Shown piece by piece: positions 19,300-28,991 of a DNA stretch of 56,115 nt (position 1 is the stretch's first letter; each line of letters begins with the position of its first letter). Made by a program: the position numbers and the translations under genes. The stretch is from Calditrichia bacterium. GTDB taxonomy: Bacteria > Calditrichota > Calditrichia > RBG-13-44-9 > J075. Under the pieces are notes generated by a model. It was not told the origin of the DNA and searched no databases. It was given only the letters and a program-made list of their open reading frames with translations. The stretch is from contig JBOEGD010000035.1 in NCBI GenBank assembly GCA_050633245.1, positions 1-56,115 on the forward strand, written 5' to 3'.

Positions 19300-19953
19300 T
19301 TGAGCGAAAAATTGCATACTTACAAAGGTAAAGATATAGTTGTTGAATATAGCGTAAAGCGATGTATTCATGCCGCAGAATGCGTACATGGATTGTCTGG
19401 CGTATTCGATCCGAAGAGGAAGCCATGGATAGAACCCGATGCTGCAACGGCAGATGAGCTCGCTGCAGTTATTGAACGTTGCCCGACAGGTGCGCTACAC
19501 TATAAGCGTCTTGATGGCGGTTCTACCGAAAAAACACCAGACAAAAATCTGATTCGCATTGGCGAAGACGACTGCCTGTATTTGCATGGTGATTTCGAGA
19601 TCATAGCAAAAGATGGCTCAACTACCGATACGCGCATTGCGCTCTGCCGCTGTGGACTCTCAAAAAACAAACCATACTGCGACAATAGCCATCGCGAAGG
19701 CGGGTTTAAAGATGTCGGCTCGCTCGGCACAACCGGAGCGGCAATCGAACCAACCAACTCTTCCAGTCGTGTCGTTCTTACCCTCGCTGAAAATGGCCCG
19801 GTGCTAATTCAGGGAGAGGTAGAAATTCAAAATGCCGGTGGAGGTGAGAGCATTTGTGTTTCCAAGGGAGCACTTTGTCGCTGCGGTGCTTCTCAGAATA
19901 AGCCATTCTGCGACGGCTCACACAAGGGTATCGACTTCCAGGCAGAAGGTTAA
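19300..19953 (+). CDS. Divergent 4Fe-4S (YjdI-like) domain + two CDGSH Fe-S domains
   Basis: CIHAAEC...CPTGAL; CRCGLSKNKPYCDNSH; CRCGASQNKPFCDGSH; TTG start after GGAGG. Confidence 0.9.
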   Translation: MSEKLHTYKGKDIVVEYSVKRCIHAAECVHGLSGVFDPKRKPWIEPDAATADELAAVIERCPTGALHYKRLDGGSTEKTPDKNLIRIGEDDCLYLHGDFEIIAKDGSTTDTRIALCRCGLSKNKPYCDNSHREGGFKDVGSLGTTGAAIEPTNSSSRVVLTLAENGPVLIQGEVEIQNAGGGESICVSKGALCRCGASQNKPFCDGSHKGIDFQAEG

Positions 19954-20161
19954 AGATTTTTTATATGCATGTCGACAATTGCGTATATCTTTAAGGTTTT
20001 TTGAAAAAATAATGACTGCAAGATGTACCAAATTTAAAAATTCTTACCACCCGGCATTGCTTTTCTTTATATTGGGCTGCTTTTTAAGCGGCCCCTGAAA
20101 TCTTACTTGCTGCTTTTTTATCGGCAGCAGAATACATTTATCAAACCTCAGGAGGACTGTT

Positions 20162-20365
20162 ATGGCAGTCGCAAGAGTAACTGAAATTATTGCATCATCT
20201 AAAAAAGGTTTTGACGATGCGATTCAGGTAGGCGTAAAACGCGCAACAAAAACGCTGAAAAATGTTAAGGGCGCCTGGGTTCAGGATCAAAAGCTCATCA
20301 TTGACAATGGCAAAGTTGTTGAATATCGCGTAATCATGAAGGTCACCTTCGTACTTCAGAAGTAA
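20162..20365 (+). CDS. Dodecin family protein
   Basis: EIIASSKKGFDDAI..G..RATKTLKNV.GAWV...EYRV..KVTFVL; AGGAGG RBS. Confidence 0.92.
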   Translation: MAVARVTEIIASSKKGFDDAIQVGVKRATKTLKNVKGAWVQDQKLIIDNGKVVEYRVIMKVTFVLQK

Positions 20366-20381
20366 CACTTTCATTAATATT

Positions 20382-20417
20382 GCGGCGACCGAAATTTTTC
20401 TGTCGCCGCTTTTTTTT
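20382..20417 (+). terminator. Intrinsic terminator after dodecin
   Basis: GCGGCGAC...GTCGCCGC stem followed by T8. Confidence 0.85.
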
Positions 20418-20497
20418 GCACATCCCCTTCATCATTTTTAAATCACGCCACTTCAACTTATATTTCAAGTCAAAAAATTCATCAACAGGTATTCTGC

Positions 20498-21508
20498 ATG
20501 ACGACTCACACACCTTTCGCAACTGCGGTTATTCAGCACCCACCAGTGTTTATGAATCTGGATGCCAGCATAGATGAGGCAATTAGGCATATTGATTCAG
20601 CGGCTAAGAGTGGCGCAAGGCTTGTTGTCTTCCCGGAAACATGGTTGCCCGGCTATCCGGTTTGGTTGGATTATGCACCGAATGCCGGTCTCTGGGACCA
20701 TCCTCCTGCAAAGGCAATGTTTAAAACACTATTCGATAACTCGCCCACTATTGACGGACCCGAAATTGCCAGGCTAAGCGCAGCGGTAAAAAAAGCCGGC
20801 GTTTATGTCGTTATGGGTTTGAATGAAAAAGAGCGAGGAACTCTCTACAATAGCATGCTCTTTCTGACACCAAGCCAATCAGAGCCATTAGTACATCGCA
20901 AGCTCATCCCAACCTACACAGAACGACTGGTTTGGGGACGCGGAGATGGTAGTACCCTGGCTGCAATGCAGACAGACTTTGGTCCTGTTGGTGGTCTCGT
21001 TTGTTGGGAACATTGGATGCCCCTTGCTCGCGCAGCAATGCACGGTCTACAGGAAACAATCCATATAGCACAATGGCCAATGGTAAAAGAAATGCATCAG
21101 ATTGCCAGTCGCCACTATGCCTTTGAAGGCCAGTGTTTTGTTGTGGCAGCAGGTTGCGTACTGAGCATTCAAGATATGCACGACGGCCTGACTTCAATTA
21201 AAGCAGACCCGCGAGCATTTCAGCTACTCGAAGGAATTAAAGATCCAACAGAGACTCTGCTGCTGCGTGGTGGAAGCGCAATTATTGCACCTAGCGGTGA
21301 CTATCTTGCCGAACCCGTTTATGACAAACCCGCCATCATTACAGCAGAACTGAATCCGGATTTGTTGGTCGAAGGACGTCTGTTTCTCGATACCGATGGA
21401 CATTATTCTCGCCCCGATGTCTTTCAGTTAACGGTTAACGATCAGACACAAAATCGAATATCGTATCAATCCGCGAAGAAAAAGCCGACGGAGGGTAATG
21501 GTGAGTAA
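20498..21508 (+). CDS. Nitrilase (carbon-nitrogen hydrolase family)
   Basis: Glu-Lys-Cys triad FPETWLPGYP / HRKLIPT / CWEHWMP; GHYSRPDVF. Confidence 0.92.
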   Translation: MTTHTPFATAVIQHPPVFMNLDASIDEAIRHIDSAAKSGARLVVFPETWLPGYPVWLDYAPNAGLWDHPPAKAMFKTLFDNSPTIDGPEIARLSAAVKKAGVYVVMGLNEKERGTLYNSMLFLTPSQSEPLVHRKLIPTYTERLVWGRGDGSTLAAMQTDFGPVGGLVCWEHWMPLARAAMHGLQETIHIAQWPMVKEMHQIASRHYAFEGQCFVVAAGCVLSIQDMHDGLTSIKADPRAFQLLEGIKDPTETLLLRGGSAIIAPSGDYLAEPVYDKPAIITAELNPDLLVEGRLFLDTDGHYSRPDVFQLTVNDQTQNRISYQSAKKKPTEGNGE

Positions 21509-22205
21509 TGCGCAGCGTCCACCCGGACGCTTTGAGGCACTCTTTCAGCTCATCCCATCTCAGACGCGAGTATTTGCAGACATTGGCTACGATCACGGGA
21601 AAATGCTAACGCGAATCGTCACTGCTTACCCGAATGTTTCAGCAATCGGCGTTGAACTTCAACCTGAAGCAGCAGACAGGTTTTGGAAAGCAGATGCGCC
21701 TGGCCTGCCGGAAGAACGTTCGAGAATAGAACTTCGTACCGGTGATGGATTATTGCCTTTGCAACCGGGAGAAGCCGACACGCTTCTTATTGCGGGCGTT
21801 GGCGAAATGACGACCAATCGCATCTTGGAAGAAGGCTCAGACCACCTGAAGGGCACGAAGCATCTCGTATGCATGCCGAGCCATTCCGTAGTCCATTTGC
21901 GCTATATTTTCAAGCATTATGGTTACATCACGACAGATGAATGCATTGCTTACGAACGAAAGCGCTACTATCTGGCTGTGCGGGCTGAAAAAGCCTCCAG
22001 GCCATTTGAGCCACAAGGTTGGAAATGGCGCTACGCGCCTCTTCTATTCGAACGCAAAGATCCACTGCTATTCGCATATTTAAAGCAGGTTAAAACTTAT
22101 TTTAGGGATCGTATTCAATTTGCAGATCGGCAGCCTGAAGCGATGCGAGAGTATTGTTTGGGTATTGACAGAGCCATTGAAGAGGCAAGAAAATTTGCAG
22201 GTTAA
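21498..22205 (+). CDS. TrmK-like tRNA (adenine22-N1) methyltransferase
   Basis: ADIGYDHG, LRTGDGL, IAGVG..T..IL motifs resembling TrmK. Confidence 0.7.
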   Translation: MVSNAQRPPGRFEALFQLIPSQTRVFADIGYDHGKMLTRIVTAYPNVSAIGVELQPEAADRFWKADAPGLPEERSRIELRTGDGLLPLQPGEADTLLIAGVGEMTTNRILEEGSDHLKGTKHLVCMPSHSVVHLRYIFKHYGYITTDECIAYERKRYYLAVRAEKASRPFEPQGWKWRYAPLLFERKDPLLFAYLKQVKTYFRDRIQFADRQPEAMREYCLGIDRAIEEARKFAG

Positions 22206-22224
22206 ATAAAGTGAACTTTACCCG

Positions 22225-22283
22225 CAAGCAAAAGATCGGCCTCTAACGGAGATCTAGTCTATCAGAACCGATCGTTTTGCTTG
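22225..22283. terminator. Probable bidirectional terminator between convergent genes
   Basis: CAAGCAAAAGATCGG...CCGATCGTTTTGCTTG inverted repeat. Confidence 0.55.
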
Positions 22284-22295
22284 TGGTGTGTGAGA

Positions 22296-22673
22296 TTATT
22301 TCGATACCAGTAGTTCATCTTCCAGCGTGTTGGCAAGCAGCACAAAGAAAGCTTCCGCATCTTCGTGGTTTTTCACTTTGATTCGGCTGCGCAAATCATC
22401 CTGCTGTAAAAAGCTGGCGGCAAGATAGGCGCGGTAACGCAAAGATTCATCACCTGCGTTTTGACTAAGTTCTTTTAATGCTGCAAGTAACTTGTCGGTA
22501 TCCTGCTGCGGAAACTGAAGCTTCAACTTAACTATATTAAATACGGCGGATTCCAGAACACCGATATTATCAGACTTCAGAGCGTGCAGATAATTTTCGC
22601 TGGCCTTGGGAAGGCTGGATTGAGCAAAAGCGGAAATTGAAAAAACGATAAGCAATGTAATGACGTGTTTCAT
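22296..22673 (-). CDS. Hypothetical secreted helical protein (possible single HEAT-like motif)
   Basis: Signal peptide MKHVITLLIVFSISAFA; AGGAG RBS; ESLRYRAYLA. Confidence 0.75.
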   Translation of the reverse strand: MKHVITLLIVFSISAFAQSSLPKASENYLHALKSDNIGVLESAVFNIVKLKLQFPQQDTDKLLAALKELSQNAGDESLRYRAYLAASFLQQDDLRSRIKVKNHEDAEAFFVLLANTLEDELLVSK

Positions 22674-22738
22674 ATCTGACTCCTAAGGTTGTATGTTGTT
22701 TGAACTGTATTAGGATACGACGCTCAAATGTCTAAGAT

Positions 22739-22784
22739 GTCATGAGCACGTCAAGGGTTGTCAAAAAATGTCATTACTTCGTCA
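22739..22784. promoter_or_regulatory. Helically phased GTCA array, putative OmpR/PhoB-family binding sites
   Basis: GTCA at 22739, 22750, 22760, 22770 and 22781 in a divergent intergenic region. Confidence 0.5.
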
Positions 22785-22830
22785 CGGCATGTTTCAATTC
22801 CATTAATTCGCCTGAAATCAGGAGCACTAC

Positions 22831-23280
22831 ATGTCTACAATCACCATAAATATGTGCGGGATTTCATTCTCGTCGCCACTAGAGTGGATGTTTGTACCAA
22901 CAGAATCTTCCATTTTAGCCCGCCCGGATTCGCGAATTGGTTTTGCGCGAATTTATATGGCAGAAGGTGACATTAGCGGTCCTGAAGATCTACATAGTAT
23001 GCTTCCCGAGTTGCTGTCTGCGGAAAGTATTCCCGAGTCGTTCGATATAAAAGAGAGCAAAAGAGAGGACTACCTCTTCGGCGCGATGAGTTATCGCATC
23101 AAAAAAGACCAGCGACAGCTATTTACGCGAATTTGGTATCGCATTGTAGACAATCAGCTATTCTTTGCACTCTATGGCTGTTCATGGAGAAAGCGAAACC
23201 AGGAAGCCGCTTTGCGCGAGCAGCAGCAGTGTGAACACATGATCCTAACCGCACGACAGGGTAACTTGACGAACGGGTGA
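22831..23280 (+). CDS. Hypothetical protein
   Basis: 149-aa ORF with AGGAG RBS; no recognised motif. Confidence 0.65.
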   Translation: MSTITINMCGISFSSPLEWMFVPTESSILARPDSRIGFARIYMAEGDISGPEDLHSMLPELLSAESIPESFDIKESKREDYLFGAMSYRIKKDQRQLFTRIWYRIVDNQLFFALYGCSWRKRNQEAALREQQQCEHMILTARQGNLTNG

Positions 23281-23326
23281 CGCAACCTCATCATCCAGAA
23301 ACTCAATCACAGATTAAAATTCAATA

Positions 23327-23410
23327 CCGTCTTTTATCTGCCGTTCGTTATCTCCCGTCTTTTATTTGCCGTTTGTTATTTGCCGTTTGTTATTTGCCGT
23401 TCGTTATCTT
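23327..23410. repeat. 14-bp degenerate tandem repeat (CCGTYYKTTATYTB)x6
   Basis: Units start at 23327, 23341, 23355, 23369, 23383 and 23397. Confidence 0.88.
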
Positions 23411-23539
23411 TCGACTCACGCTTTTTTTCCTCTTTTGTGATAGTCTTGTGATGACATTTCTCTCCCAGGCCATTACTTTTCTTATCAGAAGATTAAAATC
23501 CAAGACAAGGATTTCTGAACGCGAAATGGGAGGGCGAAA

Positions 23540-24265
23540 ATGTCGGATACGAAAAAAAATGTTTTGATCGTCGAAGATGATCAGGAGATTGCAGAGTTGA
23601 TCGTGATTCATTTGCAGGATCTTTTCTGCGATGTGCAGAGAGCAACTGACGGCAATACCGGCTTACAAATGGCACTCAACCAAGATTTTGACCTGATCAT
23701 ACTCGATATTATGCTGCCAGAGAAAAATGGACTCGAAGTATTAAAAAGTATTCGCGCTGTAAAGAGCTATACTCCCATCTTAATGCTAACTGCCAAAACC
23801 GAAGAACTGGACAAGGTGCTCGGTCTTGAACTGGGTGCCGATGATTATCTAACCAAACCGTTTAGCATTCGTGAACTTATTGCCCGCGTAAAAGCCATTT
23901 TTCGTCGTGTAGAAGCCGAACGGGCCCGCCATACGACCAGCACACTCGACGAAGTTATCTTCGACCATCTGTACATCAATTTTAATATGCGCCGCGTGCG
24001 TATCGACGGCAAACCAATCGAGCTGACAGCAAAAGAATTCGAGCTGTTACAGCTGTTCGCAATGAACCCCGGCAAAACCTACAGCCGCCAAAATCTGCTG
24101 GAACAGGTTTGGGGCTACCAATTTCATGGATATGACCACACGGTAAATTCTCATATAAATCGCCTGCGCAATAAGATTGAGCGAGATCCCGCAAATCCCC
24201 GCTTTATTCGTACGCTTTGGGGAGTTGGATATCGATTTATCGATAAAGAGGAGTTGGCAACATGA
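23540..24265 (+). CDS. OmpR/PhoB-family response regulator
   Basis: IVEDD, LDIMLP, LTAK, GADDYLTKPF, wHTH LTAKEFELL...RTLWGVGY. Confidence 0.95.
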   Translation: MSDTKKNVLIVEDDQEIAELIVIHLQDLFCDVQRATDGNTGLQMALNQDFDLIILDIMLPEKNGLEVLKSIRAVKSYTPILMLTAKTEELDKVLGLELGADDYLTKPFSIRELIARVKAIFRRVEAERARHTTSTLDEVIFDHLYINFNMRRVRIDGKPIELTAKEFELLQLFAMNPGKTYSRQNLLEQVWGYQFHGYDHTVNSHINRLRNKIERDPANPRFIRTLWGVGYRFIDKEELAT

Positions 24266-25755
24266 GCCGCTTTTTTAAAAGCTTCTACGGCAAGCTTTCG
24301 ATGCTTTTTTTAATACTACTGCTATTGCTCGGTACTGCGCAAATTCTGTTGACGTTGAAGACGACAGAAACATTTCAGGCTGAAGCCGACCAGCAGCTAA
24401 ACCTGTCTCTTGCAAGTAATCTTTTGCCAGACTTTGAGCCTTTCCTCACAGATAGCATCGATTACAAGGGCATTAAGAATATGTTTCACTACATGATGGT
24501 AGTGAATCCCTATATCGAGATTTACCTGCTGGATGATACCGGTAAGGTGCTTGCCTTTTTTGCAGAGCCCAGCAAAAAACTCAAGCGACACGAAATAGAC
24601 TTAAATCCTGTCCGCACTTTTCTAGCTGGCGAATATGATGGACCACTCTACGGCACCGACCCGCGAGACGAGCTGCGAGAAAAACCATTTTCCGCTACGC
24701 CACTACAAATAGGAAAAGAAAATGGCTTTCTCTACGTTATTATCGGAGGGGAAGAATACGATACCGCCGTTGATGCAACCCGTGCAGCATACGTCAAGGC
24801 AGCATTGATTCGCGGACTGCTGTTCACGCTACTGGCTGTTGGCATTATCGGGCTCATTCTTTTCTTTTTCATGACGAGGCGGCTACGCGACATTACCAAT
24901 GTGGTAACCGACTTTGAGCAGGGGAACATTACGCGACGCGCCAAAACTGGCGGAAATGATGAACTCGGTCATTTGGCCGAATCGTTTAACAATATGGCAG
25001 ACACGCTGGTTGCCAATATGGACGAGCTTAAGAAAACCGACTCGTTACGAAGAGAACTGGTGGCAAACATTTCGCACGATCTGCGTAGTCCGCTAGCCTC
25101 AATGAAGGGCTATCTGGAAACGATTATGATGAAGGAAGACCGTCTGGAACCGGAAGAACGTAAAAAATATATCAACATCATTCTTAACACCACAAACAAG
25201 CTCGAACGTTTGGTTGAACAGCTGTTTGAGCTGTCGAAACTGGATGCACGACAAATTGAGCCCAACTTCGAGTCCTTTTCACTTAGTGACCTGGTGCAGG
25301 ATATTGTGATGAAGTTTCAGCCTGTTGCGGAAAAGAAAACCATCCACCTTATTGCGCACATGCCGGAGAAGCTGCCGCAGGTTGAAGGTGATATCGGTCT
25401 AATTGAGCGAGCACTTTCTAATCTAATAGAAAACGCAATTCGCTATACTCCTGATGCAGGAAAAGTTTCTATTTGCATTGAACAACCGAAAGGTGACTCT
25501 CTGCGTGTTAAGGTGAGCGATACCGGATGCGGCATCGACCAGAAAGACCTGCCCTATATCTTCGATCGTTTTTATCGGGTGGAAAAGAGTCGTGCCCGCG
25601 CGACTGGCGGTACCGGACTTGGACTGGCAATCGCGAAAAAGATTCTGGATATTCACGACAGTGCTATTTCAGTGGACAGTGAAGTGGATGTTGGTACGGA
25701 TGTGTCCTTCGAATTGGAAATTTCGGAACCCAACAAGGCCTTCTCAATGGCCTAA
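24262..25755 (+). CDS. HAMP-domain sensor histidine kinase
   Basis: Two TM helices, HAMP (DELGHLAESFNNM), SHDLRSPL, NLIENAIRY, DTGCGI, GTGLGL; ATGA overlap with the regulator. Confidence 0.95.
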   Translation: MSRFFKSFYGKLSMLFLILLLLLGTAQILLTLKTTETFQAEADQQLNLSLASNLLPDFEPFLTDSIDYKGIKNMFHYMMVVNPYIEIYLLDDTGKVLAFFAEPSKKLKRHEIDLNPVRTFLAGEYDGPLYGTDPRDELREKPFSATPLQIGKENGFLYVIIGGEEYDTAVDATRAAYVKAALIRGLLFTLLAVGIIGLILFFFMTRRLRDITNVVTDFEQGNITRRAKTGGNDELGHLAESFNNMADTLVANMDELKKTDSLRRELVANISHDLRSPLASMKGYLETIMMKEDRLEPEERKKYINIILNTTNKLERLVEQLFELSKLDARQIEPNFESFSLSDLVQDIVMKFQPVAEKKTIHLIAHMPEKLPQVEGDIGLIERALSNLIENAIRYTPDAGKVSICIEQPKGDSLRVKVSDTGCGIDQKDLPYIFDRFYRVEKSRARATGGTGLGLAIAKKILDIHDSAISVDSEVDVGTDVSFELEISEPNKAFSMA

Positions 25756-25789
25756 CCCGCCATCGGGTTCAATTTGCAAAAAGAGAAAA

Positions 25790-27205
25790 TCAGGACAGCT
25801 CTGGGGCGGGGCGCAACCACTCTAACAATTGCTTTTCCCAAGGCATCGCATAAAAATCGTTATTACAGCGCCAGCGAGCCAGCTGACGGAACGGCGAATA
25901 AAGCCAGTGCTTCTGTCCCCAGGCTAACTTTGAATAAAACTTAAATCGTTCAATCAGTCGAAACTTCTCCGGTGTTACCCACGGCCCGGCACTTCCCACA
26001 TAGTCAAAATCTGCCCACTCCTCCAATGTCTGCGGTAACCGATATCCCTTTTTCACCACGTCACTGGTTATGCTCGATCCCGGATAGGGCTTAAAATAAA
26101 ATATTGGCGTATCGAATCCTGAGTGCATGCGGCGCAGCTGCTTTACCATGGCCATAGTAGCTTTCACGCTTTGAGGTGTTTCATCGGGGAAGCCAACGAT
26201 AAATGGAAAGATGACATTGATCTCATGCTTTAAACAACGCTCGGCAGACTCCAGCACCTGCTCCAGCTTAATGTCTTTCTTTAGCCAGTCCATCATTTCC
26301 TGAGAACCAGATTCCACGCCAATAAGCACGCGGCGCAATCCCGAACGCTTCAGCAAATCGAAATCGTCATCGCTTAAACGGCTACCCTGATCGGCACGCA
26401 TCGTTGCAGCCCAGGTAATATTGAGTTCCTCGCGAATCAATGCTTCGGCAATTGCCACAACACGCTTTCGGTAGGTAAAAAACGTCTCATCCTGAAAATT
26501 GACATCCGTAAAACCATAGCGTTTTTTTAATGACGACAGCTCCTGTGAAATTCTCTCAGGCTCTAGAGCCGTCCATTTACGTTTAAAGACAAATGGGTCG
26601 GCGCAAAATGCGCAGCGAAAAAAACAACCTGTTGAGGTGATATAATCAAGCTGCTTTTCTTTTTTCAATTCAAAAAATTGCTCCACAGGAATAAGATTAA
26701 AATCCATTTCCGGCAGCTCATTCATGTCTTTTAATACGCGAGGCGGGTTTTGTGTTGGCTTACCGTCTTTACGCCAGGCAATACCGGTGATTGTTTCCAG
26801 CGAGCCATCACCATCAAAACACGCAACCAGCTCACGAAACGTTTCCTCTCCCTGTCCCTGCACGGTAATATCTACGGAGTCTTCCTGCAGCGTTTCCAGT
26901 GGAAACAGTGACGGGTGCCAGCCGCCCCAGATGATAGGCAAGTCAGGACGCTTTGCGCGCACCTCGCGTGATACTGCAAGCGCATCACGCATCGGCGCAC
27001 CGGTAAGCACCGAAACGCCAAAACAAAGTGCATCATCCCAATGTGGGGCGAGAGCCTCAACAGGGTTTTCCTCGAGGCGGCCATCTATAATAATGACCTC
27101 ATATCGCTCATTATCCAGCACTGAACCGAGTGCAACCAATGCCAGCGGCATGGTATAAAAAACGCAGTCCGGATTATATAGCAAAATCTTTTTTCGTCTG
27201 TTCAT
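25790..27205 (-). CDS. Cobalamin-binding radical SAM protein (class B-type)
   Basis: N-terminal B12 domain (IIWGGWHPS, GQGEET), CFFRCAFC, FQDETF, IGVESGS, FIVGFPDET. Confidence 0.9.
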   Translation of the reverse strand: MNRRKKILLYNPDCVFYTMPLALVALGSVLDNERYEVIIIDGRLEENPVEALAPHWDDALCFGVSVLTGAPMRDALAVSREVRAKRPDLPIIWGGWHPSLFPLETLQEDSVDITVQGQGEETFRELVACFDGDGSLETITGIAWRKDGKPTQNPPRVLKDMNELPEMDFNLIPVEQFFELKKEKQLDYITSTGCFFRCAFCADPFVFKRKWTALEPERISQELSSLKKRYGFTDVNFQDETFFTYRKRVVAIAEALIREELNITWAATMRADQGSRLSDDDFDLLKRSGLRRVLIGVESGSQEMMDWLKKDIKLEQVLESAERCLKHEINVIFPFIVGFPDETPQSVKATMAMVKQLRRMHSGFDTPIFYFKPYPGSSITSDVVKKGYRLPQTLEEWADFDYVGSAGPWVTPEKFRLIERFKFYSKLAWGQKHWLYSPFRQLARWRCNNDFYAMPWEKQLLEWLRPAPELS

Positions 27206-27221
27206 CTATGCCAAATTATCA

Positions 27222-28925
27222 TTATTTCTTCTGATAGGCGACTTTTCCACCGACAATTGTGTACAGCACTTCTGTTTGCTGAAGTTCCTCATCCGACACG
27301 CTCAAAATATCATTGGAAAGAATGGTAATATCTGCAAGCTTGCCCACAGACAGCGACCCCTTTATATCATCTTCAAAAACAGATTTTGCACCATCAATGG
27401 TATACGACCTTAACGCCTCCATACGGGTCATGCGTTGTTCAGGGTAAAAAGCGTTTCCGTTCGCCATTTTTCGGGTAACCGAAGAGTAAAAGTTCTCCAG
27501 CGGATTAATGTCTTCTACCGGAGCATCCGTTCCATTTACAACCAGCGCACCAGAGTCAATAAGTCGTCGCCACACGTAAGCACCACTTTCTGAACGCTCT
27601 TCGCCAAGCCGCTTTGGCACCCAAGGGCCATCGGAAGTACAATGAACTCCCTGCATGGACGCGGTAACACCAAGTTCGGCAAAACGTGGAATGTCTTCGG
27701 GGTTTAAGTGCTGCGAGTGTTCGATGCGCCAACGGTTTGTTGCGGCATTGGCATAAGTTTGAAATGTCTTCTCATACACATTCAATACTTCACGGTTTCC
27801 ACGGTCACCGATGGCATGAGTTCCAAGCTGAAGCCCGGCAGCGGCAGCAATATTTGCAATTTTTTGCAGGGAGTCTAATGTGATAGTGGGAATACCGGAG
27901 CTTTCCGGCAAGTCGCTATACGGAGCCAATAACCAGGCGCCTCGTGAACCAAGAGCGCCATCCATATATGCTTTTACTCCACCAATGGTTAAACGATTGT
28001 CTCCGGCACGATGCAATTTATACGATTCCGCCTTTGCGGCAAGTTGTTGGTTATCGCTGCCTATCATCACCCAAAGGCGAATCGGCAGTTCACCGCGCTC
28101 TACAAGATCCTTTAGTAAATCAATATCATCCCAAAGTAAACCGGCTTCGTGCAGGCTGGTAATTCCCTTGCGTAAGCACTCCTCTGCAGCCAGAGCGACA
28201 GCGCGTTTTTCTTTATTCAAATGCGCCTGAGGATTTTGTGTTTGCTCCGCTTCTAAGGAAGCGTAGAACAAGCGTTCACCTTCTTCGAGCATTGCCCCGG
28301 TCGCCTGACCATTGCCGTCTCTTACAATTTGTCCACCGGGCGGGTTCGGTGTCGCCGCAGAGACATTCGCCACTTCCATTGCCTTTGCATTGACAAATGC
28401 AGCATGTCCATTCGAGTTTTTCAGAAACACCGGATTGTCCGGTGAAACGGCGCTCAGCGTTTTATGTACCGGATATCCCTCAACTGTTACCTCTGGCAGA
28501 CGATCCCATTTCTCCTGATGCCAGCCACGTCCAACAACCCAGCTTCCCGGCTCAGATTCTTTTACAGCCCGGGCAACTTTTTCAACAACTGCCGCCCATG
28601 TCCTGGCTGTAGCAAGGTCGAGACTTAGCCGCGCACGCCCCAAATTAAATAGATGCGCATGGCTGTCGATAAATCCGGGAATCGCCAGAGCACCCTTCAA
28701 ATCGACTGATGTCGTAGTCTGAGATATGAGTGTTTTAATCTCAACATTGCTTCCAATTGCCAGAATGCGGTCGCCTTTGATAGCGATGGCTTCAACTTCC
28801 GGTGCAGAATCCTCCAGCGTTACAATTTTACCATTATACAATACAAAATCAGCAGATTCTTGCTGGCTGCAATTTGAGAATAGAACAACTGAGAGGGAAA
28901 ATAAAACTATCCACTGAAAGCGCAT
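27222..28925 (-). CDS. YtcJ-like metal-dependent amidohydrolase (probable lipoprotein)
   Basis: PGFIDSHAH, DGALGSRGA, HAIGD, RIEH, GTDAPVE, GKLAD; FSNC lipobox-like signal. Confidence 0.92.
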   Translation of the reverse strand: MRFQWIVLFSLSVVLFSNCSQQESADFVLYNGKIVTLEDSAPEVEAIAIKGDRILAIGSNVEIKTLISQTTTSVDLKGALAIPGFIDSHAHLFNLGRARLSLDLATARTWAAVVEKVARAVKESEPGSWVVGRGWHQEKWDRLPEVTVEGYPVHKTLSAVSPDNPVFLKNSNGHAAFVNAKAMEVANVSAATPNPPGGQIVRDGNGQATGAMLEEGERLFYASLEAEQTQNPQAHLNKEKRAVALAAEECLRKGITSLHEAGLLWDDIDLLKDLVERGELPIRLWVMIGSDNQQLAAKAESYKLHRAGDNRLTIGGVKAYMDGALGSRGAWLLAPYSDLPESSGIPTITLDSLQKIANIAAAAGLQLGTHAIGDRGNREVLNVYEKTFQTYANAATNRWRIEHSQHLNPEDIPRFAELGVTASMQGVHCTSDGPWVPKRLGEERSESGAYVWRRLIDSGALVVNGTDAPVEDINPLENFYSSVTRKMANGNAFYPEQRMTRMEALRSYTIDGAKSVFEDDIKGSLSVGKLADITILSNDILSVSDEELQQTEVLYTIVGGKVAYQKK

Positions 28926-28991
28926 ATCGCCTCCGTAAGGTTAATACGAGGTGTTTTGAATAGTTCTATGTACGGAAGATGAGGGAATCTG

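Noticed and set aside
23277-23567. 96-aa ORF upstream of the response regulator
   Set aside because: Largely a translation of the 14-bp repeat tract and overlaps the probable promoter
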